Positions 49,618-61,171 of a stretch of 64,000 bases of DNA are shown here, in pieces; the stretch's first letter is position 1; every line of letters starts with the position of its first letter. The notes beneath the pieces were generated by a model. The model was not told the origin of the DNA, did not search any database, and saw only the letters and a list, made by a program, of their open reading frames with translations. Source of the DNA: Mobula hypostoma (taxonomy: Eukaryota); contig NC_086097.1 of the NCBI RefSeq assembly GCF_963921235.1, positions 86,306,001-86,370,000 on the forward strand, written 5' to 3'. Position numbers and translations under genes: made by a program.

Positions 49618-50879
49618 TGTCACAAGTGCAGAGCACGGGTGGACCCCAATGCAGAACACAAACACGTTTTGTAGCATTAACAAAAATAGAGTTTATTAAT
49701 AGTTACTAGGAAAGCAGGGAAGCAAGGATTGTACAGAAAGACATCGAGGAGTGAATGAAATGGAAGCGGAAATATGCGTGGCTGGAGTTGAGCACAGACC
49801 CTGGACTTAGACTGGCACTCAGGGCCTGTGCTTGGCCTGGGACTCGGGAGCCGAACTTGGACTTGGCCTGGGCTTGGCCGAGGAACTTGGGACCTGGACT
49901 TGGACTGGGACTTAGAACTCGGGACCCGGACTTGGACTTGGAACTCGGAACATCTGAGCCTGGACTTGGAACTCGGAACATCGAAACACAGAGCTGGGAC
50001 TCTTCCTTGGATACAGGACACAGAGTTTGGACTCTTCTTGGACGCAGGACACAGAGCCGAGACTCTTCCTTGGACACAGAACACAGAACACGAAGGGACT
50101 GTTCTTCACTCAGGGTAGTGGCAAACGGCCGACCTACCCAGTGGAGGCGAAGACACACAGAGACAATTCCCAACTCAAGGTAGTGGCAAACAGCCGGACC
50201 TACCCAGTGGAGGCGAGGACACAAGGAAACAGTTCCCAACTAAAGGTAGCTGTAAAAGGCCATACTTACCCAGCGGAGGCAAGGATACAAGGAGACAGTT
50301 CCCAATGCAAGATAGCAGCAAACAGCCAGACCTACCAGGCGGAGATGAGGACACAAAGAGACAAAACCACACAGTGATAGACAGTCTTTTATCTTGGCAC
50401 AAAGTGGCTCCAGGTAATGGCGAGCTCTCAACTTGGCCCCGGAACTACAGACAGCGGCTCTAAACTCACTCCGGCAAGTTAACTTGACGGAACCGCTCCG
50501 GCGAGGGATCATAGCGGGCTCGCTCAGGCGCGGTAACTTGACAGGCTGGGTCCAGCAATGAGAGGCGACTTACTAGCACTCGCTTCGGGGAGAAGACTTG
50601 ACTTGCTCCGGCGATGTGACTTAGCTCGCTCCAGCAAGGCGGCTTGCTCGCACTTGCTTCGGTGACGTGAGGGGACGTCAGGTGACGGTCTAGAGCCAAG
50701 CAGCTGTATGCCCGACACTATATGTTGACCGTTCAGCTGAGAGTCAAGTGCCTTTAGTTATAGAGCCCAAGAAACATGGGGAAACAATGAAGTAAAGGAA
50801 AACAAGGAGTCAACGGTCCCGATCGTGACACAAGGGAAATTTAAAGGGAACCAGGGAATAACTGATCAGGACCATGACA
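49618..50879 (-). mobile_element. 1262-bp solo LTR with internal tandem arrays
   Basis: TGTCA...TGACA termini. Perfect 5-bp TSD GGGTT (49613-49617 / 50880-50884). Confidence 0.88.
50115..50362. repeat. ~66-bp minisatellite, about 4 units
   Basis: Units start at 50115, 50180, 50246 and 50312. Confidence 0.85.
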
Positions 50880-52826
50880 GGGTTACTGAGTTAGTTGGGT
50901 CAAGTGAGGTCCTCTGCAAATCCTGAGCCATTATCCCATGACACAAGGTTGGTCTATGCACAGATCCCTGGGGAAGGCAGAAAGATGTATATTGTCTCAC
51001 TGCCCAGGGAGACAATATACTAGTCTTGGGAGATAGGATGTAAAGGGGAAAAAAAACATTTGCCAGATCAACAGGAGCATTCTGCTTCTTCCCTCCAATG
51101 TCCTCTGCTATGGTTACCACATGGAGGGGGGCAGCAGTGGTTGGGGTGGAGCATACTTGTTCAGGTGTGTGAAATCAATGGTCATCCATTTCGGGACATT
51201 TCCCCTTCCCCAGTATACGGCAATTGGAACATGACGCCTCAGGTCTCCAGGCTGGGAAAGGGCTGCCCAGCATATCCACCAGGAGCTCTGGTCTCACCCC
51301 GATGGAGTGGTGATGGGAGTTACCCCTTGATGCACACCCTCCCTGGTCCAAAGTTCTAAAGCAGTTAGGGAGGGGTATAGTGATGGGGCTTTCTCTCTCA
51401 CTGGAAGCCAAGTCCTCTCCTGCCCCCTGTGAGGATCTCCAGGGGCCATAGCACTGGGATGGTTATACTGTCCATCTGTTCCTTGGCTACGTCAGCCTTC
51501 AAGAGGGCAAAAAGCATTTCTTTGTGTGATAGAAGCAGCCCCCACCCCCTTTAGTCTTCTCAATCTTATGCACCTGGCTATGGCCACAGCTCTCGGTAAC
51601 ATGGTCCAACTCATCTACGAGTTGTATGGCTGCAACCACTTTCTCTCCACAAAGGGTCCCACCCATTGTTGTATTATTCCTTCAGATGGGCGTTACTGTT
51701 TTTACCAGATACCCTACCATGGTTGAGATGAACTTTTGATCCTCTGGCGGGTTTCCCCATCCACATAAATCCCAGTGATCAGGGCCCACTGATGGAGAGC
51801 TTTAGTCCTCTTCTCCACCGTGTTCCACTCTTCTCTAGATTTTACGTTCCAATCCAACAGAGAGGGGAGTTTACCCTCTACCAAATAGAATGATCCATTC
51901 TATTTATTTCCCATAGGGGCATTGTTTACCTCCTAGTTTGATGATAATCCTCCCAGGCCACCATTTCCCAGTTGAATAAGATCACTGCACATCCCCCTGC
52001 ACCACATATCCTTAACAATCATGCCACTAATGGTTTCCCCGATTTCACCGATCCCCCAGCTCCACCAGTTTGTTGGGGAGTAGTCTTTAGAGATTTCAGC
52101 ATCAGTCTCTCACCACTTTAGACTGGACTGGTGATATGTAGGTGTTGGGCTTTAGCTATGGAGCGGTCCCATGTCAGTGCGATTGTCTGCTAGTATTGGG
52201 GTGGATATCTAGTGAGTGGGGGAGGAGTCAGGACCCCAGTCCAAATTTCCTGAGGGGTGTCATCATCAAACCATATTTCTCCATCCTATATATCCAGGTC
52301 ATTTCCCCTCAATATAAGGAGCAGACCTTAACGGGGCCTGGCTGCCAGTTGACCCTTCACATGGCCTCTTCTTGCCACACCTTTGCCAGATGATATGCTA
52401 TTTCAATATATATCTTCCACTTCTTTAGCCCAAGTATGTGCCAACCCAGTGTCCTTTACCATAGTCAAACACCATAGATTTAGGGCCTCAATGTCTAGTT
52501 TTAAGCTCTCAATTTCTTCCCCCTCTAAGAGATTGTCACACATTGTTGTTTAAAAAGGGCCACCAGCAACAAAAAAGCCCCTCTCTGACTCCCTTTCTTA
52601 CCTGGGAAGCCTGTTTCCTTGTGAATGCAAACTAAGTGGAGACCCAATTTTAATTCCACGTGATTTCATCTCCAATCCACTGGCATCCCTGAGGCTGCCA
52701 ACAGATTGGCTAATCTGCCGATACACGAGGAATTATCTGTCCATCCTGGTATCCAATACCCTTCAGAACCAGAATCACTCTTCTTATTAGTCCTAAACAA
52801 ACTAAACATACCTCAACTCACACCAG

Positions 52827-52844
52827 ATCCTGCTGACTACGCCA
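52827..52844 (-). promoter_or_regulatory. Primer-binding site complementary to the tRNA-Ser 3' end
   Basis: Minus strand TGGCGTAGTCAGCAGGAT, 2 nt after the LTR end GTAACA. 17/18 match to the recalled vertebrate tRNA-Ser 3' end ATCCTGCCGACTACGCCA. Confidence 0.85.
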
Positions 52845-54939
52845 AATGTTACACTCAATTTGAGATCCAGTGGAGAGAGAACTAGAGGGTGCACAACTCA
52901 AGGAAACTTAATACAAATACTTAGCACCCACAGATCCTGAGTCTAATGCAGAGCATCTTCATTCCCTCTTCTGTCGACAGAATTGCTTGTGATAAGGTCT
53001 GGTGGTGATGCCCCCTTGTAAGCATGGTGGTTGTGCCTGTCTCAGTTATACTTCTTCCAGGAGGAAGTGATACCTCACACTTGCAGAGACAACTTTTCCT
53101 TCACCACAGGGGAATTCACAGTTATCTACCAGAGAATGCATTTGCTAATGATTTATCTCACTAATGCTTTAAGATTGCTTTGAATACTCTTTGCATCTTC
53201 TTCCCAGTTCACAATCCCACTGCACAAGATTATGTTCTGGTCCCTCATTCCAATCATTGACACATATCCTGAATAACTGAGGTCCAAGCATTGATTCTTC
53301 TGTGTCCCAATTAATTATTGCTTGCTACACCCCAGAAGGACTCATTTATTCCTCCTCTGCCGTGGATCAAAATCGGAGGCAGAGCTGAACAAAAGGATTT
53401 AAGGATCAGGTTTGTAAATCATTGAACCATAATTAAGAGGGTTACACATTACCGAAAGACCTGATCAAGATTCTTTCCTTAATAAGAGGTTCATTAAGGT
53501 TCTACTTCAGTTATACAGAAGCATGCCCAGGTTCTATCTGTAATATTGTACTCAGTATCACACATCTCCTCATAGCAAGAAAATACAAACTTGGGAAGAA
53601 AGTGAAAACCATTTTCCAGGATGATACCCACAGTAAAAGAGGGTTCCTTGTTTGTGGTTTGATCAGTTGATGATTAAATTTGGTATAAATAAGCACCTAG
53701 AAATTGGATCATGTCGTGATGTTTAGGTGCTAATCAATGAAAATGGTTGTTGCCTGAAGGAGAATTCATGAGCAAGCAATTCAGGTGAACTTTTGCCTGC
53801 TGCAAAATTGGATTGGGCACTTCCATGCACAATCGACATCAGCACAGCTGACCTTTTCCCCCACATCTGGAACACACCGAACAATGTCATTACTCACAAT
53901 GGTCATTTTCACCTGCACACAAACACTGGAGCTGAAAGCTTGTCAAACAGTTGCAGCAGAATTAAGAGCAGATTTAGTTTGTTGTATTTTTTATTATTTG
54001 GAAAGGCTCTGGCCATAGGGTGACTTGGCACCTTTAGATTTCACTGTGATCTGCTTAAGCGAAATCCAAGGTCCAGAGTGTGTTTATGTCTGTTGCGAAT
54101 ATTTTCCCAGCATTTACTGCTATGATATCCATTCTATGGCTACTATCCATGGCAGGTACTCTCATCATGGCCACAGTTGGCTAGACGGGCAAGTTAAGAA
54201 CATTATGGCAGGAAGCAAAACCTGCTGATCAGTGAAGAATCTATTCCCAGAGAATCCTTAGGAACACCAAATCCTACTTTGATTTTTCTGTTGAACAATG
54301 CAGTTTGTTCAGATTTTCCAGGACTGTCATCACTGAGTATGTCTTCAGGAAGGCCTTTAGTCAGACACTTGAACTGGATCCATGGAAGGAGAGCACATCT
54401 CAGGGCAGTATAGATAGATAGATAGATACTTTATTGATCCCAAAGGAAATTACAGTGTCTGAGTAGCATTACATGGTACTCTGTATATCGTACTTTGATG
54501 GTATACTTACTTTGAACTTTGAACTTTTGAAGAGAACTGGGGTTAATGATAAAGCCCTCAACCAAAAATGTTATCGCTTTCTTCACATGCTGCTGGACAT
54601 GGAAAATAAATAGCCATTAGGGAGGCTGAAGTCATTTGCTCTTTTGAGGTCCATGCACCATTGCTCATGATGTAGACCAATTAGGTATTGTGAAAGTTTG
54701 AATCTACGGGTGTGGCTAAGGACGGTAAATGATAGGTGGTACTTGGATGTGAGTTGCATACTATTGGTCAGACTGTGCTGGCCTGCAGTTCTTTGTGTAT
54801 TAGTGGCAGGCATGAAGAATGCCAGCAATAAAATATCACAGAGCTTGTGGGACTCACTTTTCCATTATGTTGGGTTTTCCATTGAAATTGTAGCACATAG
54901 TGCACAAAATTTTGAAACCATTCTTTCCGCTTTCTAGGT

Positions 54940-55003
54940 CAGGGGTTCCCAACCTGGGGTCCATGGACCTTTTGGTTAATGGTAGAGGTCCACAGCACCC
55001 CTG
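54940..55003. mobile_element. 64-bp hAT-Charlie-like MITE
   Basis: CAGGGGT...ACCCCTG termini. Degenerate 8-bp TSD TTCTAGGT/TGCGAGGT. Confidence 0.7.
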
Positions 55004-55227
55004 TGCGAGGTAATTGTTCTTTATTTCACAAACTATTTCAGGTTATGCATTTTAGTTGGTATACTGAGTGTGCTAATTAACAATAGTTTATCCTATGATG
55101 AACTTTTTCCTTATAAAACATGCAAGACAGGTTTTTTCTGATAACCATGAAAATGTTTTAGAGTAACATTACACTCACTGGCAAATGAATAAACAGTATA
55201 GTGGTCTGAAGTTTATGCTACAGGAAT

Positions 55228-55933
55228 CTTCTTTTTCAAGTGCCTTGAGCATTACACGCTTGGGCGATCACAGCTTTCCACATCGAATGATCCCATGCAG
55301 TGTCAATATCTCGCACACTTAGATCTGTTAGTTCTTTCACAGTGTCCATATATTTTCTTCTTTGCCTTCCTCTTCCGCATTTACCAGGCATAGGACCTTG
55401 TAATGTAAGGCATTCTATTTCTCCCTTTCTAATGACAAGGGCCAAGAATTTAAGTTCCTTCTTATTTAATGTTCTCATTAAAGGTCTTTTTGTATGGGCA
55501 CGTTGGAGTACTGTCTCATTAGTTATCCTATCTCTATATCATATTTTCAGCATTCTTCTAAGAAACCACAGTTCTGTTGCTTCTAAGTTTCTTTGGAGTT
55601 CTGGTGTTATAGTCCATGTTTCGGAAGCATACAGCAAGATTGACCGGATGTAACATTTTAGTAGCCTAAGTCTTGTTGTCATAGAAATGTGTCTGTTGGT
55701 AAAAATAGGTTTCATTTTTTGCAAGTTGGTTTTGGTAATGGCAATTCTTCTTTTTATTTCTACTTTACTTCTAGCATCTTGTGATATAAAGCTACCAAGG
55801 TAATCAAAGCAGGTCTTTTGTCTGGTCTAACCGTCAACTGTAAAAAAAAACAAATGTATGGTAATATCAAAATAGCAGGATACTCCCAACTGCCAATTGT
55901 ACATCAGTAACCAAGAGATTGAACAAAAGACCA
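55228..55933 (-). mobile_element. RTE-clade LINE 3' part with an inverted 5' segment
   Basis: LLYASETWT, WFLRRML and GKCGRGRQR motifs. 11-bp TSD GCTACAGGAAT. 55823-55936 lies on the plus strand. Confidence 0.9.
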
Positions 55934-56587
55934 GCTACAGGAATAGGGGTTCAAAAGACCGAGTTCATAATATCAGCATGAGAATTCGAATTATGGTTAA
56001 AAAGATATCAGAAAATTAAAGAATAGTATCAGTAAAAGTGATGTTGATTGGTATATGGAAAAAGAATCAAACAGCCTGCATTCAACTTGAGTCTGGTAGC
56101 CGGTATTCTTGGAGTTTTGAGCACATGACATTTTTATCAAACTACGTCCGCCTGGTTGACAACAGAATGTACTGAGAGTTGATCAAATGACTTCTACATT
56201 CCTTACTAGTTGAACACCTAAGGTGGAGTACATTTGCTTGTGGTTTGGTGCCAATGGCTGCTACATGTGAGAGGTTCCAAGAACCAGAAGTTGGTCACAA
56301 TAACACAAAGTGAGGCCAGGAGAGGAAAGCAATGAACGGGAAGCTGGGAAAGCAAAAGGGCAGGGTAGGAAAGAGAAGAAACTGATGGCAGAGGAGAGTG
56401 GAGATCAAAATTGGGGAAGAGAATGTACTTAAATTGAAGAGGGTGTACAGGGGGTGAAATCAGGGATACCATGTTGGATGCCTAAAGGGAGGAAGTAATT
56501 CAAAAGGGATAATGATAATTATAATTGACAGAAATTACCCTGCATTATCTGTCGTCATGACCAAAGGCAATATGATAGTCCACCAAA

Positions 56588-57516
56588 ATGACACGAAGCT
56601 GGGCGGCAGTGTTAGCAGTGAGGAGGATGCTAAGAGGATGCAGGGTGACTTGGATAGGTTGGGTGAGTGGGCAAACTCATGGCAGATGTAATTTAATGTG
56701 GATAAATGTGAAGTTATCCACTTTGGTGGCAAAAATAGGAAAACAGATTATTATCTGAATGGTGGCCGATTAGGAAAAGGGGAGGTGCAACGAGACCTGG
56801 GTGTCATTATACACCAGTCATTGAAAGTGGGCATGCAGGTACAGCAGGCGGTGAAAAAGGTGAATGGTATGCTGGCATTTATAGCGAGAGGATTCGAGTA
56901 CAGGAGCAGGGAGGTACTACTGCAGTTGTACAAGGCCTTGGTGAGACCACACCTGGAGTATTGTGTGCAGTTTTGGTCCCCTAATCTGAGGAAAGACATC
57001 TTTGCCATAGAGGGAGTACAAAGAAGGTTCACCAGATTGATTCCTGGGATGGCAGGACTTTCATATGAAGAAAGACTGGATGAACTGGGCTTGTACTCGT
57101 TGGAATTTAGAAGATTGAGGGGGGATCTGATTGAAACGTATAAGATCCTAAAGGGATTGGACAGGCTAGATGCAGGAAGATTGTTCCCGATGTTGGGGAA
57201 GTCCAGAACGAGGGGTCACAGTTTGAGGATAGAGGGGAAGCCTTTTAGGACCGAGATTAGGAAAAACTTCTTCACACAGAGAGTGGTGAATCTGTGGAAT
57301 TCTCTGCCACAGCAAACTGTTGAGGCCAGTTCATTGGCTATGTTTAAGAGGGAGTTAGATATGGCCCTTGTGGCTACAGGGGTCAGGGGGTATGGAGGGA
57401 AGGCTGGGGCGGGGTTCTGAGTTAGATGATCAGCCATGATCATAATAAATGGCGGTGCAGGCTCGAAGGGCCGAATGGCCTACTCCTGCACCTATTTTCT
57501 ATGTTTCTATGTTTCT
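56588..57516 (+). mobile_element. Young CR1 copy, 5'-truncated
   Basis: Nearly identical to 31498-32421. Possible AAAAT TSD. Confidence 0.95.
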
Positions 57517-58739
57517 AAAATACTAAATGTAACTGACAGTAGGGTTGAAATGTCACAATACCTTCAACCTGTGTAGTTACCTGAAAGTATATTAATAATC
57601 AATTACTTATATTGTTGAAAGTACTGTATATTCAAGTTCCAAGTTCGTTCCTTTTAAATATACTCCAGCTCTCTTCATTTCTCTCTAGGTACTTGCTTTA
57701 TTAATAATAAACAATGTAGACAAAGGCTGAAATGGTGCAAAAACCTTTTACATTCATGGCCATTACATTCAGTAGTGTAAACTTTTAAAGAAAGCATGAA
57801 CAAATCACAAATCACAGTATTTGTGATCCCTCAAATTACTATGGAGATAACAGCAATGTCTCTAACATGCTCATTGTGAAGAACACCATGTGATGTGTTA
57901 GCACTTTGCGATACCCCACCAAGGTCAAGGCTGAAGTGACATTTTTTTACAAGAGTGTGGGCTACCACACCTGTACAACTAGTGGAGATGGTCATGATGG
58001 TATTATCCATATGAACAGGGGCGGGGAGGGCAGGGGGATGCACAAGTTATAGTCACACATCCAGTTTGGGTATTCTGCTGCAGGGAATAACTTCTCAGTC
58101 AAGGAGGTGCTGATGTAAAGCAGCATAACACTCCATTTCAGCTGATCAATGTGTATCCCTTTCCTGTGCTGAGCAAATGTCTAGCTGTTCTCCAGCAGCC
58201 TCCAAGTGCCTACCACTGCTGCCGATGTCCCTACCAGTTGTTCTGGTCTCTGACCTCAACTGCATCATTGATTCAACTGGACACCTCAGCAGTTCCAACA
58301 GGAGACAGGACAATGGCTCCCGAACCCTGTTGGAAACATCTGAAGATGCAAAATTGTGCAATGCCTTCGGCACCCCTGCCAGCAGAGCACAGCTGCAACA
58401 TACCTGGACCAGAATGGGCAGCTTAGTACCAAATGGATTTCCTCTTCATATCGAAGACAGTCACAGTCAGATCCACAGATGTCATGCCAGCAATCTTCTC
58501 CAACCACTGCCTACTTCAAGCCTCCTGCAGGAAGACCAGAAGGTAGACAAGGGGATGTGGAAGATGAACGTCAAGTTGCTGATCCCAGAGAGCATCAAGG
58601 AACAAAAAAACGGAATTGCTCAGGTTGGAGAGCTGTGATGCCTTTCTTTGACTCTCCAAAGCAACCAAGGAGAATAGCCGGAGGTTCTTCATCTTCAAAG
58701 GTGCTCAGAAAGCAAAGTAGGGTCAGAAGGAATTGTGCC

Positions 58740-59814
58740 TTTGAGATAATATTAAAAAATGTCTCTCCAAAAAGTTTCCAGAGTAGGACAAGACCAAAAC
58801 ATATGAGTTAAAGAGGCTATCTGCTCCGGACATCTATCACAAAAAGGATTAATATGAGAATAAAAACGAGCTAATTTACCTTTGGACATATGTGCTCTAT
58901 GAACAACTTTAAATTGAATTAGGGAATGGTTAGCACAGATAGAGGAAGTATTGACTAATTGTAAAATCTGCCCCCAGTCATCCACGGAAATAATAGAACC
59001 CAATTCTTGTTCCCAATCTGACCTAATCTTATCAAATAGAGCTTTCCTAAGTTTCATAATAATATTATAAATAATAGCCGTTGCACCTTTCTGACATGGA
59101 TTAAGGTTAATTATAATATCTAAAATATATGTAGGAGGGAGCATTGGAAAGGAAGAAAGTACTGAAGATAGATATCTCTCCTCATCCTATTACTGCTACC
59201 TTTGGATTACCTAAAATTTCCAGTAATCTTTCCCCTTCAGCCCGTAGAATGATTGCATTTCTTACTTTAATGGCGAAAAGATGTATCTTACAACATTGGA
59301 AAGAGCCTAATGCTCCAACTACCTTTTTTTGGTTTTCCCAGACGATATTATGCCTAAATTCGGAGAAAATTAGAAGTAATCTTTATGATTCCTCACTTAA
59401 ATTTGAACAGACCTGGAGATCTTTTATTCAATATTTTCATTTAATGTAATTTTTTTTCTCTTTTGTTCCATATTTATATTCCCTTCTTGCCTTTTTTTTA
59501 AACGGTTTTTAATGGAGGTCGGGTTTGAGGACGTGATTTTAAGTTCTTTAACTCTACCTGTTTCCAAGTTAGCCCATCGCTTTGCTTTGCTTTTAGTTTA
59601 GTTGCACGGTGGGTTTTTTTGGGGTTTTGTCTTTTCTCTATTGATATATATATATAAAAATTAGTATATTATTATTTTACCATATTATTTTATGTTTAAA
59701 TTGCACTGTTTGTATCAATTTTTTCTTCTGTATTAATATCTCCTGTAATTTCTAAGTGTATTAGTGCCTTTATGGTTTACCCTTTGTATACTTATTCAAT
59801 AAAAAGATTTAAAA
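58740..59814 (+). mobile_element. L1-clade 3' end with an inverted 5' segment
   Basis: 15-bp TSD AGAAGGAATTGTGCC (58725-58739 / 59815-59829). CDRC..HMFWSC on minus, KVLKID..EQTWRSF on plus. AATAAA tail. Confidence 0.92.
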
Positions 59815-60319
59815 AGAAGGAATTGTGCCAACTTCAGGTAGACTTGCAGCAACTCCTCCTTCTGCAGTTGAGTTGGTGGATGTGAAAGACGAACTCCAAG
59901 AGGTAAAGAGCTGACAAGCTCTGCTGTTTGCCTTGAAAGCCTCCCAGATAATCTTCCCATCCAGGGTTTCTTTGTGGAGCAGCATGTGGTGTGTTTATAC
60001 TCCTTTTTTCAAATGTTTTACAGGGGTTCTCTCTAATCGCCAGGCTCAGTAACATCCTCACAGGCAGACATACTGAGGATTTGCAGATCCTTTTATGACA
60101 GTCTATGTAATAGCAAGTCCACAGGAAGCACAGCATTTTCTGTCCTCTATCATGGAGGTGCTAGATGACAGTAAGCTGAAGAGTCTGTATCAGCCATTCT
60201 CTCTGGAGGAGCTGACTGTCTCCATTCATTTCCTTGGCATGAATAAAACACCCAAAAGTGATGGCTTTACAGTAGAGTTGTACTCAGATCTGTGGGCCTG
60301 GACCTGCTGAAGGTGTACT

Positions 60320-60748
60320 ATTACAAGAATCACACCTTGTAATAATGATCATTGAGGCACAGCGAATCTCTATTTACCGACAAGTAACTTTTATTATCTT
60401 CACAACTAAAAAACACATGGGTTCACGAACAAACTACCTGTGTGCACCCTGCTAGAATCCCTGACCCTCCATGAACAGTCAATGAAGAGAAAAGGTATTA
60501 CTTGGGAAAGGAATGTACACTACCCAGGTGTTCCTCATGGTCCCGATCTCTACATATCTGTGGGGTCCTCCTTATCTGCAATGGCTGGTCTTTGGTTGCT
60601 GGAGAGTTATCACCCCTGCGTATTTGGAGCTCGCGTACCTCATCAATTGAACTGTTGGATCTCCTTCCCATTGGCTCAAGGTCACCTGAACTACCTGGGC
60701 CACCTTCTTACTGGTCATTGTACAGGGCTACAACCAACTGTACGATGC
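60320..60748 (-). mobile_element. LTR-like insertion in the Tx1-like element
   Basis: Interrupts the Tx1 frame between LLKVY and MFLAVSM. TGTAAT at 60338 and a minus-strand AATAAA. Termini and TSD unclear. Confidence 0.45.
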
Positions 60749-61171
60749 TATGTTCCTAGCTGTCAGCATGTCAGACTCCTTGAGGAATAGCTTCATGATC
60801 CTCAGTAACAAGCAGGAGGAGAGGGAGGACATCAGAAATTGCAGACACATTGCACTGTTGAACATGGACTATAAGATACTGTCCAAAGTGTTTGTGAACT
60901 GGGTCAAGTCTGCTCTGGGACAGGTGATCCACTTGGACAGTACCCTGGCAGGAAAATCCTGTAACCTGATCCACCCTTCACCTGGCTGGAAAATCCCTGA
61001 CGCCTTGTACAACTCAAGGCTACTATTGTCTTCATACAATGGACAGAGGGATGTTTGCCTGCCTGATCAGCTTAGACCAGGTGAAGGCCTTCGACAAGTT
61101 ATTACACATGGAGTTGATGGATGTCCTTATTAAAATAGGTATCGAGGAGGGAATTGGAAATTGGACCCAAC

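Larger units (their letters stand above)
48467..53130 (-). mobile_element. Internally deleted class III (ERV-L/ERV-S-like) endogenous retrovirus
   Basis: Two diverged LTRs (48467-49068; 52847-~53130), PBS-Ser, gag-like remnants, RT motifs TIDFTHLNK / VDLANVFF / LPQGSVHRPTLCH / HYMD / RGWSVNP, and PPT-like CAGGGGCTGAA before TGTAAC. Confidence 0.8.
58050..61170 (+). mobile_element. Decayed Tx1-like LINE with nested insertions
   Basis: SDLNCII, KGMWKMNVKLL, NKTPKSDGFTVELY, NCRHIALLNMDYKILSK and SLDQVKAFD motifs. Confidence 0.8.

Noticed and set aside
49677..50512. Overlapping repetitive ORFs and a CRISPR-like periodic pattern
   Set aside because: Head-to-tail minisatellites inside an LTR, with no unique spacers and no cas genes, in eukaryotic DNA.
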